From positions 1-56,916 of the IMG/VR virus record IMGVR_UViG_3300037458_001688: DNA of 56,916 nt; one strand, 5' to 3'. The stretch is from a virus (lineage: Duplodnaviria; Caudoviricetes). The first letter of the stretch is position 1. Each line of letters begins with the position of its first letter. A model generated the notes under the pieces. The model saw only the letters and a program-made list of their open reading frames with translations. It was not told the DNA's origin and did no database searches. The position numbers and the translations under genes were made by a program. Positions 52,530 to 56,916 of this stretch are shown piece by piece.

Positions 52530-54292
52530 CAGATGACGGTCAGCTCCTTGGTCTCGTACACGGAGCGCCGGGGCGGCGGGGGGTTGTCCAACTTGTGGAC
52601 GAGCGCACGGCCGCGAGCCATGATCGCGGACACGATGGGGTCGATCCGGAACCTCGACGCGCGCTTGTGAGGCTTCTGGTTGCCGGCCCAGTCCTGTCGG
52701 GTGACCATGTTGCCTGCACACCAGCCCGCCAACGGGTTGCGGTCGTGCCTCATCTTGCCGCTGCGGATCTCGTCGAGGAACTCACGGGTCGGCTCGGCGA
52801 AGGACTTGAGGTCCTGCATGAAGCCCACCATCTCGATGCCCGCCTCGTCCTCGAGCCGGCCGCCAAGCTGGGTCGTGTGCCACGGGTCGTGCGTCCACTC
52901 CTTGACGGCGTACATCCCGCTGATCTGCTTCACGCGTTCGGCGATGACGCGGTCGTCGATCTGGTTGCCGGGGGTGAGCTCGAGCCAGCCCTCGGTGACC
53001 CACCGGTCGTAGGGGACGCGGTCCTCCTCGATGCGCTCGAAGAGGTTGTCCTGCGGGAGCCAGGCGAAGAACCGGTACCACCAGAGCCCGTGCTTCGCGA
53101 AGAGCAGCGTCAACGCGGTCAGGTCGCGGCTGGAGGAGAGGTCCAAGGCGCCGATGCAGGAATCGCCGAGGAGCTCGTTCCAGTCGACGTCGGCGCCGCA
53201 GGCGTCCCACGCCTCCTTGGTGATGGGCTTGGAGTCGAGGCTGATTCGGATCCCGCAGTGCATGCGCAGGAAGTCGCGCTTGACGTCGCCGTTGGTATGG
53301 GCCCGCGCGGCCATGTCGCGCAGGTGCTCCACCTTCTGGCCGCTGCCGCGCAGGCCGAGCGATGGGTTCGCCTTCGGCCACAGGGTCTCGTCGAACGGGT
53401 CGTCCCCCTCGTCGAGGCAGTAGATGATGCAGAAGAACCGCTCGTCCACGAAGGAGCCGTCCACCGACCCCTCGAGCACGTCCTCGGCGTGACCGTGCAG
53501 CTCGTCGTAGAGGGTCTCGGTGCGGTCGTCGCCCGCGGTGGTGATGTGCGAGATGAGCGGCTGCCGCCGCTTCCCCATCGCCGTCTTCAGCTTGACGTAG
53601 AGCTTCCGGTTCTTGTGCTCGTGGACCTCGTCGTTGACCACCCCGTGGGGGTTCAGGCCGTCAGCCGTGCGGGAGTCCGCCGCGAGGGGGCGGAAGACGC
53701 GGGGGGAGCCGTTGCGGGTCTTGATGATCCGGTTGTTCGCCGAATCGAAGACCTGCAGCTCCTCGGCCAGGTCGCCGCTCTTCTTCGCGATCTCCGCCGC
53801 CGCGCCCCAGCACAGGGCCGCCTGGTCCTCCTTCGTGGCAGAGGAGTAGACCTTCGCGCCGGGCTCGCCGTCCGCCACCAGCAGGAAGAGCCCTTTGCAT
53901 GCGTGCCAGAAGGTCTTCCCAGCTCCGCGAGTGACCTCGCAGAAAGCCTCGCGGAAGCGCCGGGCCCCCGTGTCGTCGACCCATCCGAACACGATCCAGT
54001 CGACGGTCTTCTGCCACGGGTACGGCGCGAACGCCTCGCCGAGCTCGTCGTCCCCCTCCGCGGCCAGCTCGCCCTCGATGTGGTGGCAGAAGGGGAAGAA
54101 GTCCAGGATGCGCTGGGCTCGGCCCTCGTCGAAGTGGAAGGGGAAGTCGGGTGAGCCCTGGCGCTCGAGGTCGTGGACGTGGCGCTCGATTGCGAGGCGC
54201 ACCCACTTGCCGACCAGGATGCTGCCGTCGAGCACACCTCGGATGTACCCGTCGACGTCCGGGTTGGAGGCGTAGCGGATGATGTCAGCCAC
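52529..54292 (-). CDS. terL: terminase large subunit
   Basis: RGAGKT Walker A, NDEVHE Walker B, ITTAG, KANPSLG, LDLSSSRDLTA and RIDP. Confidence 0.95.
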   Translation of the reverse strand: MADIIRYASNPDVDGYIRGVLDGSILVGKWVRLAIERHVHDLERQGSPDFPFHFDEGRAQRILDFFPFCHHIEGELAAEGDDELGEAFAPYPWQKTVDWIVFGWVDDTGARRFREAFCEVTRGAGKTFWHACKGLFLLVADGEPGAKVYSSATKEDQAALCWGAAAEIAKKSGDLAEELQVFDSANNRIIKTRNGSPRVFRPLAADSRTADGLNPHGVVNDEVHEHKNRKLYVKLKTAMGKRRQPLISHITTAGDDRTETLYDELHGHAEDVLEGSVDGSFVDERFFCIIYCLDEGDDPFDETLWPKANPSLGLRGSGQKVEHLRDMAARAHTNGDVKRDFLRMHCGIRISLDSKPITKEAWDACGADVDWNELLGDSCIGALDLSSSRDLTALTLLFAKHGLWWYRFFAWLPQDNLFERIEEDRVPYDRWVTEGWLELTPGNQIDDRVIAERVKQISGMYAVKEWTHDPWHTTQLGGRLEDEAGIEMVGFMQDLKSFAEPTREFLDEIRSGKMRHDRNPLAGWCAGNMVTRQDWAGNQKPHKRASRFRIDPIVSAIMARGRALVHKLDNPPPPRRSVYETKELTVI

Positions 54293-54857
54293 CGAGGAAC
54301 GCCTTCAGCCCGCCGGGCGCCTTCTGCTGCTTCTGCCCCTTCGCCACCGGCGCCTTGAGCCGGACGCGGGAGGTGGGGTCGAGGCCGAGAGCGGCGGAGT
54401 ACTTGAGGACCAGGTCCTGGGCGTACCGCTGCTCCATCACCTCGGGCGCCTTGTGGCGCTCGCGGCGTCGCGGACCGCGGATGATGCCCTTGCCCTTGCA
54501 GGCCCGGCACTGGAGGTCGGTCACACCGGCCTTGCCGCCGCACGCCGGGCACTTCTGGGCACGACCCTCGGTCTCGACCCAGTAGTACTCGCCGTTGAGG
54601 TTGAGGTACTCGGTCATCCGGAGCAGCTTGTCCATGGCGATCGCGAGGGACGCGATGACGTTGCGGTCCGCCGAGTCGAGCCAGCCGAGGTCGCGGATCT
54701 CACGGCAGATCGCCCGGTACTCCCGCTCCTGCGCCTCGGTCAGGACGGTGGGGCAGCGGGGCCGGCGCGGGGGGCGCACTGTCGTGGTTTTGCCCCCGTT
54801 GCGCTCGTCCTCGCGGACGGCCCGGAGGTTGGCGGGGTTCGGCTTGCGTCCCCTCAC
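54285..54857 (-). CDS. terS: terminase small subunit (P27-like) with a Zn-finger insert
   Basis: MRGRKPNP...LGLDPTSRVRL. Confidence 0.85.
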   Translation of the reverse strand: MRGRKPNPANLRAVREDERNGGKTTTVRPPRRPRCPTVLTEAQEREYRAICREIRDLGWLDSADRNVIASLAIAMDKLLRMTEYLNLNGEYYWVETEGRAQKCPACGGKAGVTDLQCRACKGKGIIRGPRRRERHKAPEVMEQRYAQDLVLKYSAALGLDPTSRVRLKAPVAKGQKQQKAPGGLKAFLGG

Positions 54858-55246
54858 GATGCGGCCCTCACCTGCGCCTCGCGGCGGGCGTGGCACCTCG
54901 TGCAAAGCCCCTCGAGGTTGTCGACCGCGAAGGGGGCGCCGCCATCGGCCAGGCCGACACGGTGATGCACCTGCGTGGCCTCCGCCCGACCGCAGTCCTC
55001 ACACACGGGGTGAGCACCCAGGTGCAGAGCGCGGACGCGCTGCCACCGCGCCGTCTTCCGCGGGTCACCAGCTCGTGATCCACGCGGGTCGGTCCGGTAC
55101 TCCTCGGCCCGGCGCTCGGCCTCGCGCCGCTCGTCCCGCTCGCGCTGTGCTGGCCAGCAGTGCGGACAATAGCCGCGCGTGTCGTGTGTACGGACCAGAC
55201 CCGGACACCCATTGGTCCGACACGCCCGAGGTCCTCGGTGCGGCAC
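54854..55246 (-). CDS. packaging-associated HNH endonuclease
   Basis: CEDCG...VHH...GG...NLEGLCTRCH. Confidence 0.9.
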   Translation of the reverse strand: MPHRGPRACRTNGCPGLVRTHDTRGYCPHCWPAQRERDERREAERRAEEYRTDPRGSRAGDPRKTARWQRVRALHLGAHPVCEDCGRAEATQVHHRVGLADGGAPFAVDNLEGLCTRCHARREAQVRAAS

Positions 55247-55278
55247 TTTCGGCTTTCGACTCTTCGACTTCTAGCTAT

Positions 55279-55307
55279 ACAGTAGTCCGAGTTGGATACC
55301 GTGTCAA
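55279..55307 (-). promoter_or_regulatory. candidate late promoter
   Basis: TTGACA-17 nt-TACTGT upstream of the HNH gene. Confidence 0.55.
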
Positions 55308-55543
55308 GCGAAGACGCTCGTGCCCGCCGCGGGACCGAACCGTTCCAACCACGCCGGCGCGGCACCCGGGAAATTCTCCCTGGCATTTCCCCAATTCGGC
55401 GTGGGTGTGTTTCGACCTTCGTGCGCCGGTCTATAGATGTGCCCCGGGGACTTTGTGTGTCCCCTGTGGGTGCCACCAGGTAAAGTTTCCCTGCCTGCTG
55501 TTGGTTGATCTCGTGAAGCCTGACCCGGAGCGGCTCTCCCGTC

Positions 55544-56125
55544 TCACCTCGACTCGAGAAAGCGACTCACCGTCACGTTCAGCCGCTCGAGCGCGGTGGC
55601 GCCTAGCTCCTCGAGCTTCAGGTTGCAGTCGCCGAGCAGCGTCAGACCGAGGCGGTGGTCGACGGCACGGGCCACCAGGTCCCGGGTGAGCAGCTCGTCG
55701 GCGAGACGGTCCTGCGCGGCCCGATACACCTCGGTCTGCTCAATACGCCGCTGGTGCTCGCGGTAGTGCGCGCGGAGGTTTCTCCACTCCTGCATCGCAC
55801 CATCCAAGGCAATGGCGACGTCACTCGAAGGACGCAGCTCATGCTGTCGAATGGATCGCAGGCGAGCGATGCGGCCTGAGCAGTAAGCGGCCCGGTCCCA
55901 CGCCGACCACCGCGACTCGAGGGCGCACCGCTGGATCATGGGCAGGGACTGGAGCGCCGCACCCATGTCACAGAGGAAGGCGACGATCCTGGTGCAGCTA
56001 CCGTGCCGCACCGTGGCCGTGGCCCGCTCGTGGCTCATCACCTTGCCGCTGATGGGGTCGAGGCGCAGGTACCAGTAGAGGGCGAGGACGCGGTCGTGGG
56101 GCCAGGCACGTTGACCTCCGGGCAT
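55544..56125 (-). CDS. hypothetical protein, possible late regulator
   Basis: Last early gene before the late promoter; function inferred from position only. Confidence 0.5.
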   Translation of the reverse strand: MPGGQRAWPHDRVLALYWYLRLDPISGKVMSHERATATVRHGSCTRIVAFLCDMGAALQSLPMIQRCALESRWSAWDRAAYCSGRIARLRSIRQHELRPSSDVAIALDGAMQEWRNLRAHYREHQRRIEQTEVYRAAQDRLADELLTRDLVARAVDHRLGLTLLGDCNLKLEELGATALERLNVTVSRFLESR

Positions 56126-56386
56126 CTACTCCTCCCGCTTGACGTGACCACTACCGTCGCAATTAGCGAGGGCGTCGCGCAACCTGTAGCCCTCATCGGA
56201 TGCCCCTAGAGTCGGCAGATCGGCAAACGGCCTCGCCGCCCCAACCACCTCCTCCAGCGCCGCGACGCGGGCGCGGAGGTTTTCGTTCTCACGCTCCAGA
56301 TGCTGGATGTTCGCCCCGGTGCCCTGAGCGTGGAACTCGCCAACTACTCCATCAACGACCACATCGTCAGTCCAGTCGTCGCTCAC
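56126..56386 (-). CDS. small hypothetical protein (LRARVAALE)
   Basis: GTGA coupling with GGAGG RBS. Confidence 0.55.
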   Translation of the reverse strand: MSDDWTDDVVVDGVVGEFHAQGTGANIQHLERENENLRARVAALEEVVGAARPFADLPTLGASDEGYRLRDALANCDGSGHVKREE

Positions 56387-56703
56387 GGCTCCACCTCCAC
56401 CCAAACATCCTCACCCGTGTAAGGGTCGAACCCCAGAGCGTTGCGGATGTCCTCGCAGAGGTGCCCGAACGTCCATGTGCAGCAGAAGCTCGCCCTCATG
56501 TCCGCGCAGGGCTTGCAAGTCCTGTAGCTCCACACCAACCCATCGCTCTTTCCCGCTGTGCGTTGGTGCAGCGACCCAACCGGGATAACTTCACGGCACT
56601 CGCAGCAGTGATGCTCCTTTCTCGCCACCGGCCAACTCTCGACGTAGAACTCGTTATCGCCGTCGTAGCCGTCGATGAGGCAGGAACATTCGATGCCACT
56701 CAC
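56383..56703 (-). CDS. Cys-rich phage protein
   Basis: ARKEHHCCECREVI...YRTCKPC. Confidence 0.65.
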   Translation of the reverse strand: MSGIECSCLIDGYDGDNEFYVESWPVARKEHHCCECREVIPVGSLHQRTAGKSDGLVWSYRTCKPCADMRASFCCTWTFGHLCEDIRNALGFDPYTGEDVWVEVEP

Positions 56704-56916
56704 GGCTCCACCTCCATTCCGAGACGCTTGGCGTCGATCTCGAGAGCAAGCCTGTCAGTCTCCGCGCTGCGATAGCTGGGGTGATTGCTCCAGGCGTCGA
56801 ACAGCGCCTCCTCCAGCTCCGCGACGCGGGCGCGGAGGCGGTCGATCTCCTCCTCACGCTCGTTCCAGCGCTCCATCGACGCGATGTCCTCCTCGCCCAT
56901 CGGCTCAATCACGCTG
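56700..56916 (-). CDS. 3' part of an LRARVAELE protein (5' end outside the window)
   Basis: Shares the 110-bp repeat with the gene at 279-716. Confidence 0.55.
   Translation of the reverse strand, partial: SVIEPMGEEDIASMERWNEREEEIDRLRARVAELEEALFDAWSNHPSYRSAETDRLALEIDAKRLGMEVEP
56807..56916. repeat. 110-bp exact repeat, copy 2
   Basis: Identical to 398-507. Confidence 0.95.

Noticed and set aside
47975-54154. Long plus-strand ORFs (832, 482 and 519 aa) and similar antisense ORFs throughout
   Set aside because: Shadow frames of high-GC genes on the opposite strand, with no motifs of their own
56807-56916. True direct terminal repeat of the virion genome
   Set aside because: The matching copy is internal (398-507), not at position 1, and lies within coding sequence; it is more likely an assembly break at a repeat

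Overview
The window is a nearly complete, circularly permuted temperate siphophage genome with high GC. It appears to be in the excised state, with an intact attP carrying the 3' half of tRNA-Arg(CCG) at 24598-24641. Layout: early/replication operon on the minus strand (12517 to 1); cI/cro switch (12251-13271); an accessory block; tyrosine integrase and excisionases (22078-24595); late operon on the minus strand (55246 to 24873: HNH, terminase, HK97-type portal, S49 protease, capsid, tail, lysis). Two RNA-guided-type systems stand out. (1) A TIGR-Tas locus: seven stem-loop units, each stem-CCA-N9-TG(N4)CC(A/G)-N9-TG-stem, at 7345-7818, joined to a nuclease-less Nop/IS110-like protein (TasA type, 6539-7675). 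Five of the seven units lie inside the Tas reading frame, all in one codon register. (2) An array-less type IV-B CRISPR-Cas operon (csf1, cas11, csf2, cysH, csf3) interrupted by an IbrB/IbrA/glycosyltransferase block and a small RNase-like gene. A secreted protein ending IFADGFESG weakly suggests an Acidobacteriota (Thermoanaerobaculia-like) host. All family calls come from motif recognition by eye; no searches were run.
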